A DNA stretch of 64,000 nt from Clostridia bacterium (GCA_017536635.1 JAFXHA010000060.1:6030-70029), one strand, 5' to 3'; counted from the stretch's first letter, positions 8,846 through 18,201 are shown. Notes: a model not told the origin generated them from the sequence alone. Numbers and translations are program-made.

Positions 8846-10162
8846 ATGGATACGTTGGACATAAAACGCTTTGAAATATCGGAGCACCTAAGGCTTTGTG
8901 CCGTGCAGACCGACAAATTCAAGGCAGGAACTATAACATTTCATATTGCTATGCCCGTAAGCCCCAAAAACGTCGCTTTTGCCTCGGTCCTTTGCGGTGT
9001 GCTCAAGCGCGGCAACAAAAAATATCCTACGGTAACCGACGTGTACCGCCGTCTTGACGAGCTTTACGCGTCCTCTCTCGACGTTCGCACCTCGTTCAAT
9101 TCAAGCGAGATATCTCTCTCCCTTTACTCAGAGCTGCTTGACAACGCATTTGCGCCGTGCGGAACCGACATACTTGACGGCATTATTGAGCTTATATCTC
9201 TTGCTCTGCTCTGCCCTGTGGCAGACGGCAACGGCTTTGCGGAAAGCACGGTAGCGCGCGAGGTTGCCACGTTGCGTAGTGCTCTGCTCGCGGAGTCCAA
9301 CAATACGCAGAGCTATGCGCTCATAAGGGTAAAGGAGATGCTTTGTCGGGAAAACCCGAATTACCCTACGCTTGAGGCACTTCTCGGCGTGCTTGATGAT
9401 ATTGACGCGCGCTCACTTTGGGCATTTTATCTTGAGCTTGTCTCATACTCGCCCCTCGACGTATTTTACGTTGGCGGCACAGATGCAGAAACCGTTGCGA
9501 AAAAGCTTGGCACCTATTTCGGCTCCTACGCCCCCACCAAAAGCTTTTCGCAGGATGCCAAAGCGCCCGATGCCCCCCTTCAGATGTCCGAGCGAAGCGA
9601 ACAAATGTCGGTATCTCAAAGCAAGCTTGCGCTTGGATTCCATTCAAGCGTGAATCTGATGAGCACGGATTATCACGCCGCTATACTTTTCAACGAGATA
9701 TTCGGAGCATCTCCCATATCAAAGCTATTCGTAAACGTGCGTGAAAAGATGGGGCTTTGCTACTACTGCGGCTCATCCTACAACACCTTTTCGGGAGCTC
9801 TGATCGTATCCAGCGGAATAGAGGGCTCAAGGCGAGAGCTTGCAGAGCGCGAGATACTTGCGCAGCTTGACACGCTAAAGCGCGGAGAGATAAGCGATGC
9901 AGAGCTTGCGGCGGCAAAAAAGTCTCTTATCAACGTTTACAGACAGATATACGACAATCCGTTTGACATAAGCAATTTCCATTCAAGCCGAATGCGTCTT
10001 GGAATCGACGAGAGCATTGAGGATTGCATTTCGGCCTTTGATGCAGTATCTCTCGAAGATATCGTACGCGTGGCAAAAACCTTCGTACACGACACTACCT
10101 TCTTTATTGAAGGCACCTCGGACGGCGATGAGAAATGTGAGGTGGACGAGTATGATGAATAA
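8846..10162 (+). CDS. M16-family (pitrilysin-like) peptidase subunit lacking the HxxEH zinc motif
   Basis: Start at ATG 8846 (SD AAGGAGAAG). 438 aa with M16-like length and organisation; no HxxEH is seen in the N-terminal region. Confidence 0.75.
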   Translation: MDTLDIKRFEISEHLRLCAVQTDKFKAGTITFHIAMPVSPKNVAFASVLCGVLKRGNKKYPTVTDVYRRLDELYASSLDVRTSFNSSEISLSLYSELLDNAFAPCGTDILDGIIELISLALLCPVADGNGFAESTVAREVATLRSALLAESNNTQSYALIRVKEMLCRENPNYPTLEALLGVLDDIDARSLWAFYLELVSYSPLDVFYVGGTDAETVAKKLGTYFGSYAPTKSFSQDAKAPDAPLQMSERSEQMSVSQSKLALGFHSSVNLMSTDYHAAILFNEIFGASPISKLFVNVREKMGLCYYCGSSYNTFSGALIVSSGIEGSRRELAEREILAQLDTLKRGEISDAELAAAKKSLINVYRQIYDNPFDISNFHSSRMRLGIDESIEDCISAFDAVSLEDIVRVAKTFVHDTTFFIEGTSDGDEKCEVDEYDE

Positions 10163-11429
10163 AAGAGCATTTGAAAGCGCTATGCTCGGCGAAAGATACG
10201 AGCGTATCACACACCGTTCGGGACTTACCGTAATAGTATTTCCCAAAAAGCTTACCACCGCTTACGCCATTATGGGTATATGCTGCGGCTCGGTAAACAC
10301 CGCCGCCAAGGCAGCCGACGGAAGTAAGATGATCTTCCCCGAGGGCGTGGCGCATTTTCTTGAGCACAAGCTATTCACCTGTGAGGACGGAAGCGATGCG
10401 TTTGAGCATTTTTCGGATTACGGCGCCGACGCAAACGCTTACACGTCATTTAATCGCACGGCATATCTTTTCAGCTGCACCGAAAACTTTGACAAAAGTC
10501 TCGGAGAGCTTATAGATTTCGTTACCCATCCGTATTTTACGTCTGAATCTGTCGCATCGGAAAAGCCGATCATCACAGAGGAGATAAAAATGTACGACGA
10601 CAGCCCGTCCGAAGCCTGCTTTTACGGTATGCTTGAGGGAATGTATGTACACAACAAGGTTAAGAATAATATATGCGGATCGTCAGAATCCATAGCAAAA
10701 ATAACGCCCGACACACTATATTCGTTTTACGACAGCTTCTATAAGCTCTCGAATATGTACCTTATAGTTTGCGGTAACGTTAATGCCGATCAGGTGCTTG
10801 CCGTTGCCGACGCTCACCTGCCCTCAGAGTCTTGCGGAGCCTTTGAAGAATATGTCGACGTCCTCGACGAGCCGACAACGGTTGCTCTTGAATACACCGA
10901 AAAAAAGATGCAGGTCTCAAAGCCTATCTTCTCCATCGGCTTTAAGGATTCGAATATTCCCTTGAGCGTCTACGAAAGATACCGCAAGGATGCGGGAATG
11001 GCGATACTCAACGAGATGATATTCTCTCGCGCCACGAAAATATATTCGTATCTGTACGAAAACGGCATTATCTCTTCGCCGAATCTTGATTACGGCTATA
11101 CAATATCAAGGAGCTTTGCCTACAATTTTATATCGGGTGAGGCAAGCGATCCCGAAGCGGTTCTCAAGGTTATAAAGGAATATCTTGAGCAGGCGCACTT
11201 GTTCGAAGAGGATTTCAAGCGTGGAAAGCGCGTAATGTACGCCGAATTTGTAAAGAGCTTTGATTCGTCGGAATCAATCGCCAACACGCTTCTTTCATTC
11301 GTTGGAGACGGCGCGGAGCTGTTTGAATACGGCAAGATACTCGAGAGCATAAGCTTCGAAGAGATCAAGGCGCTATTTGACGAGCTGCGATCAATGCCCA
11401 CGACCTTGTGCGCGGTAGTTCCCTGTTAG
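10152..11429 (+). CDS. M16-family zinc peptidase, catalytic subunit
   Basis: Start at ATGATG 10152, overlapping the upstream stop by 11 nt. The inverted zinc motif HFLEH is present in EGVAHFLEHKLF. Confidence 0.85.
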   Translation: MMNKRAFESAMLGERYERITHRSGLTVIVFPKKLTTAYAIMGICCGSVNTAAKAADGSKMIFPEGVAHFLEHKLFTCEDGSDAFEHFSDYGADANAYTSFNRTAYLFSCTENFDKSLGELIDFVTHPYFTSESVASEKPIITEEIKMYDDSPSEACFYGMLEGMYVHNKVKNNICGSSESIAKITPDTLYSFYDSFYKLSNMYLIVCGNVNADQVLAVADAHLPSESCGAFEEYVDVLDEPTTVALEYTEKKMQVSKPIFSIGFKDSNIPLSVYERYRKDAGMAILNEMIFSRATKIYSYLYENGIISSPNLDYGYTISRSFAYNFISGEASDPEAVLKVIKEYLEQAHLFEEDFKRGKRVMYAEFVKSFDSSESIANTLLSFVGDGAELFEYGKILESISFEEIKALFDELRSMPTTLCAVVPC

Positions 11430-11463
11430 TTTATCATTCATTTTACATACATAGGAGGTATTT

Positions 11464-12441
11464 ATGGTAACAATTTCCTTTCCCGGTCTTGGAATAGACA
11501 ATTTTAATCTTAAATCGGTAGCTTTTACTCTTTTCGGCAAGTTTGAGGTTCGTTGGTACGGTCTCATTATAACGACGGGTATCATCCTTGCAATTGCTTA
11601 CGCGGCTTACCGCTTCAAGCAGGAGAAGATATCCTTTGACGATCTTATCGATATGGCAATATTCGCTATCCTTTTTGGAATAATAGGCGCGCGCGCATAT
11701 TACGTTCTGACATCACTCGAAGAATTCCACTCCTTTTACGACGTTATCGCTATATGGGAAGGCGGAATCGCTATATACGGCGCGCTTATCGGCGGCGGAC
11801 TTGCGATATTCGGCGTATGTAAATACAAAAAGATCCCCTTTTTAAAGGTCTTTGATGCGGTAGCGCCCGGCGTTATGATAGCACAGACGCTCGGCAGATG
11901 GGGTAACTTCTGCAACGGCGAGGCTTTCGGCGAGAGAGTTGCCGAGGGGCACCCTCTGTACTTTTTGAGAATGGGACTTATCTCTCCAAACACTGTCCAG
12001 GACTTCAAGACCTTCTCTATGGTCTACGTTCATCCCACATTCCTTTACGAATCGCTTTGGAATCTCATAGGATTCATACTGATAAATATATTCTACAAAA
12101 AGAAAAAGTTTGACGGACAAATATTCTTTACTTATATTTCCTGGTACGGATTTGGAAGAATGTTTATAGAGCTTCTCCGTACGGACAGCCTTTACGTCGG
12201 TCCTATCAGAATATCCTCTCTCGTAGGCTTCCTTTGCTTTGTAGTCGGACTTACGTTCATTATCTATAAGCTCGTCAAAATAAACAAGCAAGGCGAAGAG
12301 CCCGTACTTGCAGAAGATGCGGCAGAAGCAATACAGGAAACCGAAGAATATACCGACGTTACCGACAAGCTCGGCTCACTTCTTAACAAAGACGAGCCCG
12401 AGAGCAATGATACCGAAACAGAAGAAAAAAGCGAAGAATAA
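11464..12441 (+). CDS. lgt: prolipoprotein diacylglyceryl transferase
   Basis: 325 aa with motifs RWYGLIITTG, GARAYYV, IWEGGIAIYGALIGG and GRWGNFCNGEAFG, plus an acidic C-terminal tail. Confidence 0.93.
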   Translation: MVTISFPGLGIDNFNLKSVAFTLFGKFEVRWYGLIITTGIILAIAYAAYRFKQEKISFDDLIDMAIFAILFGIIGARAYYVLTSLEEFHSFYDVIAIWEGGIAIYGALIGGGLAIFGVCKYKKIPFLKVFDAVAPGVMIAQTLGRWGNFCNGEAFGERVAEGHPLYFLRMGLISPNTVQDFKTFSMVYVHPTFLYESLWNLIGFILINIFYKKKKFDGQIFFTYISWYGFGRMFIELLRTDSLYVGPIRISSLVGFLCFVVGLTFIIYKLVKINKQGEEPVLAEDAAEAIQETEEYTDVTDKLGSLLNKDEPESNDTETEEKSEE

Positions 12442-12459
12442 TCAACGAAAGGAATCATT

Positions 12460-13314
12460 ATGGCAAATATAATTGACGGAAAAGCTATATCGGCACAGAT
12501 AAGACAGGAAATAAAGCAGGAGACCGAGGAATTTGCCGCCGAGCACGGCTTTCGCCCCGGTCTTGCGGTAATAATCGTCGGTGAGGATCCCGCATCTCAG
12601 GTATACGTAAGAAACAAAAAAAGAGCCTGCGACGAGGTAGGCTTCTACTCCGAATCCTACGAGCTTCCCGCAAGCACCACGCAGGACGAGCTGAACAGCC
12701 TTGTTGACAAGCTCAATAAGGATGACAAGATCCACGGCATTCTCTGTCAGCTTCCTCTGCCCAAGCATCTCGATGAAAACGCAGTAATACTCAGAATAGA
12801 TCCCAAAAAGGACGTTGATGCCTTTCATCCCTACAACGTTGGAAAGATAATGATAGGCGACTATTCCTTCCTGCCCTGCACCCCCGCGGGAGTTATGGCT
12901 CTGCTTGAGCGCAGCGGAATAGACATTACGGGCAAGGAATGTGTGGTCGTCGGTCGTTCCAATATCGTAGGAAAGCCGCAGGCTATGCTGCTTCTGCACG
13001 CGCACGGAACGGTTACCGTATGCCACAGCAGAACGAAAAATCTCGCAGAGGTATGCCGCCGCGCCGACATTCTGGTTGCCGCTATCGGCAAGGCGGATTT
13101 CTTCACTGCGGATATGGTAAAGGATGGCGCTGTCGTCATTGACGTTGGAATGAATCGCCGCGCTGACGGAAAGCTCACGGGCGACGTTGATTTTGAATCG
13201 GTTGCTCCCAAAGCCTCATATATCACTCCTGTTCCCGGCGGTGTAGGTCCGATGACAATAACTCTGCTGATGAAAAACACTCTTACCGCGGCAAAGGATT
13301 CAATAAAAAAATAA
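12460..13314 (+). CDS. folD: bifunctional methylenetetrahydrofolate dehydrogenase/methenyl-THF cyclohydrolase
   Basis: 284 aa with motifs [37 protein letters not shown] and [11 protein letters not shown]. Confidence 0.96.
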   Translation: MANIIDGKAISAQIRQEIKQETEEFAAEHGFRPGLAVIIVGEDPASQVYVRNKKRACDEVGFYSESYELPASTTQDELNSLVDKLNKDDKIHGILCQLPLPKHLDENAVILRIDPKKDVDAFHPYNVGKIMIGDYSFLPCTPAGVMALLERSGIDITGKECVVVGRSNIVGKPQAMLLLHAHGTVTVCHSRTKNLAEVCRRADILVAAIGKADFFTADMVKDGAVVIDVGMNRRADGKLTGDVDFESVAPKASYITPVPGGVGPMTITLLMKNTLTAAKDSIKK

Positions 13315-13323
13315 TTAAATTCA

Positions 13324-13354
13324 AAAAGCCCGAGTATTCGGGCTTTTTATTTTA
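13324..13354 (+). terminator. intrinsic terminator after folD
   Basis: Stem GCCCGA/TCGGGC with a GTAT loop, followed by a T5 run. Confidence 0.85.
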
Positions 13355-13361
13355 CAATATA

Positions 13362-13396
13362 TCTAAAAAGTAATAAGGGGCATTCGCATGCCCCTT
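13362..13396 (-). terminator. intrinsic terminator after small lipoprotein gene
   Basis: Stem GGGGCAT/ATGCCCC (13377-13394), followed on the minus strand by TTATTACTTTTT. Confidence 0.7.
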
Positions 13397-13430
13397 ATAT
13401 TAATTTTGCATTTTTAATTGCAGGAGTGGA

Positions 13431-13721
13431 TTAGGGATTGGGAACGTATGCTCCGTTTCCTTTGTCCTGACCAACGGAAACTGCAGGAAGAGTGGTCTCT
13501 TCAGTGGTCTCCTCGCTGGTCTCTTCGGTGGTCTCAGCGGTGGTCTCAGCGGTGGTCTCAGCAGTGGTCTCCGCAGAAGTTTCAGCCTTCGTGGTTGCTG
13601 CGGTGGTCTCAGCAGAGGTCTCGGAGGACTCATCCTCTCCGTTCTTATCACAAGCGATCATAGTAACAGCAAGTGCAAGAACGAGAATCAATGCCAATAC
13701 AAGACTAACTACCTTTTTCAT
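13431..13721 (-). CDS. small secreted lipoprotein with Thr/Glu-rich tandem repeats
   Basis: Start at ATG 13721 (SD GGAGAA). Signal peptide plus lipobox is MKKVVSLVLALILVLALAVTMIAC. The mature part is (A/E)ETT repeats and ends GQDKGNGAYVPNP. Confidence 0.8.
   Translation of the reverse strand: MKKVVSLVLALILVLALAVTMIACDKNGEDESSETSAETTAATTKAETSAETTAETTAETTAETTEETSEETTEETTLPAVSVGQDKGNGAYVPNP
13491..13574. repeat. tandem 12-nt repeat (about 7 units, core GGTGGTCTCAGC) inside the lipoprotein gene
   Basis: Three identical consecutive units at 13527-13562 are flanked by degenerate units. It encodes the AETT/EETT tetrapeptide array on the minus strand. Confidence 0.9.
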
Positions 13722-13759
13722 AAGATTCTCCTTTCTAAAAAGCAAATAACCTTAACTTT

Positions 13760-13787
13760 ATTATATCACACAAAAGAATTTTGTCAA
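13760..13787 (-). promoter_or_regulatory. sigma-A promoter of lipoprotein gene (TTGACA-16-TATAAT)
   Basis: Minus strand has TTGACA at 13782-13787 and TATAAT at 13760-13765. Confidence 0.7.
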
Positions 13788-13836
13788 CATCTTTTTTGTG
13801 ATTTTTTATAAATTCCCTAATTTTTTCTATTTAAAA

Positions 13837-14952
13837 TTAGTGAATAATGCAACGCTCAGTATCCTTATCGAAGATGTGGAGTCTGGACATATCAAATGCA
13901 ACCTTGATGTTCTGTCCTGCTCTGGACTGCGATCTGGAGGATACACGCGCGATAAGACGGGTCTCCTCGCCAACGGTGAGGTAGAGATAGATCTCTGCGC
14001 CCATAAGCTCGGTTACTTCTACGTTTACGTCGAAAGAAGTCTCGGGGCTTGCCGCAACAGCGCTTGCCTCATCGGAAATAGCCTCGGGACGAAGTCCTAC
14101 GATAACTTCCTGTCCTATGTAGTCAGCAAGCTCGGGAGCATTTGCCTTCTCTGCGGGAAGCTTTATAGATACACCCTCGAAGTTGAAGAATACGTCCTCG
14201 CCTACCTTCTTAAGAACACCGTTGATGAAGTTCATCTGAGGAGTTCCGATAAAGCCTGCAACGAAGATGTTGCAAGGAGAATCGTAAAGGTTCTGAGGTG
14301 TATCTACCTGCTGAATAAGTCCGTCCTTCATAACAACGATTCTGGTAGCCATGGTCATAGCCTCTACCTGGTCGTGAGTTACGTATACAAAGGTCGTTCC
14401 AACGCGGTTGTGGAGCTTGGTAAGCTCGGTTCTCATCGCTGCACGAAGCTTAGCGTCGAGGTTGGAAAGCGGCTCGTCAAGAAGGAATACCTTGGGGTTA
14501 CGAACTATTGCTCTTCCCAAAGCAACACGCTGCTTCTGACCTCCGGAGAGAGCCTTCGGCTTTCTGTCGAGAAGGTGGGTGATATCAAGAACTCTTGCTG
14601 CCTCTTCAACTCTGCGCTTGATCTCTTCCTTGGGAGTCTTGTTAAGCTTGAGTCCGAAGGACATGTTCTCGAAAACGGACATATGAGGATAAAGAGCGTA
14701 GTTCTGGAAAACCATCGCAATCTCTCTGTCCTTAGGAGCTACGTCGTTTACGAGCGTATCACCGATGAAAAGCTCACCCTCGGAAATCTCCTCAAGTCCT
14801 GCTATCATACGGAGTGTGGTGGTCTTTCCGCATCCGGAAGGGCCAACGAGGACAAGGAACTCTTTGTCCTTTACCTCAAGGTTAAAATCCGATACGGCGG
14901 TAACGCCACCCGGATACTTTTTGTAAATGTGTCTCAATGATAAACTTGCCAT
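13837..14952 (-). CDS. msmX: sugar ABC transporter ATP-binding protein, MsmX/MalK/UgpC type, with no adjacent permease genes
   Basis: 371 aa with motifs GPSGCGKTT, LSGGQKQRVALGRA and LLDEPLSNLD, plus a C-terminal regulatory (TOBE-like) domain. Confidence 0.9.
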   Translation of the reverse strand: MASLSLRHIYKKYPGGVTAVSDFNLEVKDKEFLVLVGPSGCGKTTTLRMIAGLEEISEGELFIGDTLVNDVAPKDREIAMVFQNYALYPHMSVFENMSFGLKLNKTPKEEIKRRVEEAARVLDITHLLDRKPKALSGGQKQRVALGRAIVRNPKVFLLDEPLSNLDAKLRAAMRTELTKLHNRVGTTFVYVTHDQVEAMTMATRIVVMKDGLIQQVDTPQNLYDSPCNIFVAGFIGTPQMNFINGVLKKVGEDVFFNFEGVSIKLPAEKANAPELADYIGQEVIVGLRPEAISDEASAVAASPETSFDVNVEVTELMGAEIYLYLTVGEETRLIARVSSRSQSRAGQNIKVAFDMSRLHIFDKDTERCIIH

Positions 14953-15023
14953 TTAGAAAATCCTCCTAAAACCTAATTGGAAAAATTAAAATTAAAATTT
15001 TAACATACCTTTGTACTTTAAAT

Positions 15024-15032
15024 ATTATACCA
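15024..15032 (-). promoter_or_regulatory. extended -10 element (TGGTATAAT) upstream of msmX
   Basis: The minus strand reads TGGTATAAT about 75 nt upstream of the ATG. No convincing -35 was found. Confidence 0.4.
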
Positions 15033-15144
15033 AGTTTTTGAAAAAAATGAAAGATGTTAAATCCCCAAATTTTCATATATATTATTGTGCAATATACACA
15101 AAATACTCTTTTTTGCGCTTTTTTACCTCAAAACAAGGTAAATC

Positions 15145-17307
15145 TCATTTTACATTTTTCATAGAAAGCGATATTCTCTTCTTCTTAAGATCGACAGAAA
15201 GTACCCTTACCTTTACGTTATCGCCAAGAGACACCACCTCGGACGGATGCTTTACAAACTTATCGGAGAGCTCGGAAATATGAACGAGACCGTCCTGATG
15301 AACTCCGATATCCACAAACGCACCGAAGTCAATAACGTTTCTTACGGTTCCGTTTAATATCATTTCGGGCTGAAGATCCTCGATCGAGAGCACGTCCTCG
15401 CGAAGCTGGACCGATTCGTAGCTGTCGCGCACGTCGCGTCCCGGCTTTTTAAGCTCGGCAACTATATCGTCGAGCGTAGGCTCGCCTATCTCGCACGCGG
15501 AGCACACTGCCGCCTTGCCCTTTTGCTTTATCTTTGCGTCGATATCGGAGATCTTACCTGCGGCAACGTCTTCCTTGGTATATCCGCAAAGCTCGAGAAG
15601 CTTGTGAGCTGCCTCGTACGATTCGGGGTGAACGCCCGTATTGTCAAGTATCTCGCGAGAATGAGGAACTCTCAAAAATCCTGCCGCCTGCTCGAATGCC
15701 TTTGCGCCCACACGCGGAACCTTGAGAATTTCAGCACGGCTCTTGAACTCACCGTTCTCCTCTCTGTATTTAACTATATTTTTAGCACTCGTCGCGTTGA
15801 TTCCCGCAATATAGGAAAGAAGCGAGTGCGAAGCGGTATTGACGTCAACGCCTACCGAGTTTACGCAATCCTCAACGACACCGCCGAGCGCTCCGTCAAG
15901 CCTTGCAGGCTTCATATCGTGCTGATACTGGCCTACGCCTATTGCCTTGGGATCGATCTTTACAAGCTCTGCAAGCGGATCCTGCAGGCGTCTCGCGATA
16001 GAGACGGCAGAGCGCTGCATTACGTCAAAGTCGGGAAATTCCTCGGCAGCAAGCTTTGATGCGGAGTAGACCGATGCGCCTGCCTCGTTGACGATAACGT
16101 ACTTACAGTCAACGCCCTTTACGGTCTTAAGTGTTTCCGCAATAAACTGCTCGCTTTCTCTCGATGCCGTACCGTTACCGATAGCAATCACGTCGACCGA
16201 ATATTTTTCTACCATTTTTTTGATTATCTTTGCCGCTTCCTCGGTTCTGAACTTACTCTTTGTAGTAGGATAAACGACAGCAGTATCAAGAACCTTGCCC
16301 GTCTTATCAACGACCGCAGTCTTACAGCCGTTTATATAGCCCGGATCAAATCCCAGAACGGTCTTTCCCTTAAGCGGAGGCTGCATAAGCAGGTGCTTAA
16401 GGTTGTCGGCAAAGAGCTTGATAGCTCCCTCGCCCGCAACGTCAAAGAGGTCGTTTCTTATCTCTCTCTCAATAGAGGGGGCGATAAGTCTGTCGTATCC
16501 GTCTATGATAGCCGCTTCGATATACTTTGTAGCGGGGCTTTTGAGATTAACGATAAGCTCTCCGAAAAGATAATTGAGAACTATTCCCTTTTCGACGGTT
16601 ACAGATACCTTGAGAAATTCCTCTTTCTCACCTCTGTTTATAGCAAGAACTCTGTGTGAAGGGATCTTGGATATCTTATCCGAATAATCGTAATATTTAT
16701 CGTATACCGACTCCTTTGCCTCATCTCCCTTGGAGTTAAGGAAGCCCGTATCGAAGGTTATCTTTCTTACGGTTTTTCTATACTCGGCATTATCAGAAAC
16801 ACTCTCCGCAATAATATCACACGCGCCCGCAAATGCTTCCTCGACCGATTTTACGCCCTTTTCCTCATCGACGTAAGTCTCGGCGATCTCGTCAAGTGAC
16901 GGCTCATAAGCGTCTCTTTGCTCGAGAATAAGCTCGGCAAGCGGTTCAAGTCCTCTCTCCTTTGCCACAGAAGCTCTGGTCTTTCTGTGAGGACGGAAGG
17001 GGCGGTAGATATCGTCCACCTCGGTGATGGTAACGGCGTTATCGATAGCAGCGGCTATCTCGTCGGTCATCTTACCCATCTCGGTGATAAGATTCTTGAC
17101 CTCTTCCTTACGCTTTTCGATGTTGCGCAGATAAGTAAGTCTGTCGTCAAGATCACGAAGCAGCGTATCGTCAAGGCTGCCCGTTTCTTCCTTACGGTAA
17201 CGAGCGATAAAGGGTATGGTATTTCCCTCGTCGATAAGCGCAACCGTTTTTTCGACCTGACTCTCCTTTATTTTAAATTCTTCGGCAAGCTTTTTGATAA
17301 TGTCCAT
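15145..17307 (-). CDS. tex: Tex-like transcription accessory protein (YqgF/HHH/S1 domains)
   Basis: 720 aa. N-terminus is IKESQVEKTVALIDEGNTIPFIARYRKE; C-terminal S1 domain is GTVRNVIDFGAFVDIGVHQDGLVHISE. Confidence 0.95.
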   Translation of the reverse strand: MDIIKKLAEEFKIKESQVEKTVALIDEGNTIPFIARYRKEETGSLDDTLLRDLDDRLTYLRNIEKRKEEVKNLITEMGKMTDEIAAAIDNAVTITEVDDIYRPFRPHRKTRASVAKERGLEPLAELILEQRDAYEPSLDEIAETYVDEEKGVKSVEEAFAGACDIIAESVSDNAEYRKTVRKITFDTGFLNSKGDEAKESVYDKYYDYSDKISKIPSHRVLAINRGEKEEFLKVSVTVEKGIVLNYLFGELIVNLKSPATKYIEAAIIDGYDRLIAPSIEREIRNDLFDVAGEGAIKLFADNLKHLLMQPPLKGKTVLGFDPGYINGCKTAVVDKTGKVLDTAVVYPTTKSKFRTEEAAKIIKKMVEKYSVDVIAIGNGTASRESEQFIAETLKTVKGVDCKYVIVNEAGASVYSASKLAAEEFPDFDVMQRSAVSIARRLQDPLAELVKIDPKAIGVGQYQHDMKPARLDGALGGVVEDCVNSVGVDVNTASHSLLSYIAGINATSAKNIVKYREENGEFKSRAEILKVPRVGAKAFEQAAGFLRVPHSREILDNTGVHPESYEAAHKLLELCGYTKEDVAAGKISDIDAKIKQKGKAAVCSACEIGEPTLDDIVAELKKPGRDVRDSYESVQLREDVLSIEDLQPEMILNGTVRNVIDFGAFVDIGVHQDGLVHISELSDKFVKHPSEVVSLGDNVKVRVLSVDLKKKRISLSMKNVK

Positions 17308-17345
17308 TTGTTTTCTCCGTTTACTGTTATATTTGTATGTTTGCT

Positions 17346-18050
17346 TTATTTTTTACCGAGCGAGGCGATCTCCCCGTCGGTCAGATATCTCCACTGACCG
17401 CGCTCAAGGCTACCGTCGAGCTTCAGTGCGCCAAACTCCAGGCGCTCAAGGTAGGTTATCTTATTGTCCACCGCCTCAAACATTCTTTTTATTTGATGAT
17501 ATTTTCCTTCATCAATAGTTATTTTCCCGCTAAGGCGCCCGTCGTCAAGCGCTATTTTCGCAGGCTTGGTAATATAATCCTCACCTATGTCAACACCTGC
17601 GCAAAGGCGCTCGGCATCATTATCCGATAAGGGCTCGCGGCACCTGAAGCCGTACACCTTACTAACGTGATTCTTTGGAGACAGAAGCTGATGCGCGAGG
17701 TCTCCGTCGTCTGTTATCAGCATAAGTCCGAGCGTATTTTTATCAAGCCTTCCGCACGGAAAAAGCCCCGTTTTATTTACCTCGTCGGGCAGCAGATCAA
17801 GCACCGTCCTTTCTCGGTTATCCTCGGTCGCGCTGACGTATCCCTCGGGCTTATTAAGCATAATATAGGTAAATTCTCTATATATGACCTTTTTGCCGCA
17901 GAATATCACCTCGTCGCGCTCGGGGTCTACCTTTTCATCCGAGCTTTTAGGCGCTCTGCCGTTAATACTTACACCGCCCGCGCGGACTATCTTTTTTGCT
18001 TCGGTACGACTGCAGCAGCCGGTCGCTACCAAAAATTTATCAAGACGCAT
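17346..18050 (-). CDS. rsuA: S4-domain pseudouridine synthase, RsuA/RluB family
   Basis: Preferred start is ATG 18050 (MRLDKFLV, canonical S4 N-terminus, GGAG 6 nt upstream). Catalytic motif is GRLDKNTLGLMLITDDG. The track ORF begins at TTG 18065. Confidence 0.88.
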   Translation of the reverse strand: MRLDKFLVATGCCSRTEAKKIVRAGGVSINGRAPKSSDEKVDPERDEVIFCGKKVIYREFTYIMLNKPEGYVSATEDNRERTVLDLLPDEVNKTGLFPCGRLDKNTLGLMLITDDGDLAHQLLSPKNHVSKVYGFRCREPLSDNDAERLCAGVDIGEDYITKPAKIALDDGRLSGKITIDEGKYHQIKRMFEAVDNKITYLERLEFGALKLDGSLERGQWRYLTDGEIASLGKK

Positions 18051-18074
18051 CTTCATCTCCGTCAATTAAAAATT

Positions 18075-18167
18075 TTAAAGGAAAAAGACTATAATGAGTA
18101 TAAGGGCGAGCGCTCCGAAGACCGCCATTCCTGCCCAAAATCCTATACTGAATTCCCTTGCTTTCAC
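18075..18167 (-). CDS. candidate 30-aa hydrophobic small protein (below the 60-aa range of the supplied ORF track)
   Basis: GTG at 18167 is preceded by AAGGAGAA with a 7-nt spacing. Manual translation gives MKAREFSIGFWAGMAVFGALALILIIVFFL, then TAA at 18075-18077. It fills the EamA-rsuA intergenic gap. Confidence 0.4.
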   Translation of the reverse strand: MKAREFSIGFWAGMAVFGALALILIIVFFL

Positions 18168-18201
18168 GGTTATTCTCCTTTTCTTTAGTATGTATAACCG
18201 T

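Noticed and set aside
8707-8922. 71-aa minus-strand ORF in the rplU/M16 divergent promoter region
   Set aside because: It is an AT-rich, Lys/Ile/Asn-biased translation that overlaps the M16 gene start and promoter. It has no SD.
13491-13574. Short tandem repeat array, considered as a possible CRISPR or other non-coding repeat
   Set aside because: The period is only 12 nt with no spacers. It is in frame within a lipoprotein ORF and encodes a tetrapeptide repeat.
13418-13749. Alternative-frame ORFs across the repeat region (13400-13651 minus, 13418-13663 plus, 13492-13749 plus)
   Set aside because: These are low-complexity translations (PLLRPP or WSQR repeats) produced by the same 12-nt repeat. 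Only the 13431-13721 frame has an SD, a signal peptide and a lipobox.
13798-14940. 380-aa plus-strand ORF opposite msmX. Similar antisense ORFs occur at 37010-38101, 12442-13026, 1983-2624, 20364-20981, 47787-48548, 49650-50450, 50946-51602, 53371-54051, 56166-56819 and 62810-63388.
   Set aside because: I verified codon alignment only for 13798-14940 and 37010-38101; both are codon-aligned shadow ORFs of well-supported genes. The remaining listed ORFs lie antisense to well-supported genes and are presumed to be shadows of the same kind. None has an independent signal (SD, promoter or domain).
15011-15283. 90-aa plus-strand ORF between msmX and tex
   Set aside because: It overlaps the tex 3' end in antisense, has an AT-rich low-complexity start, and has no SD.
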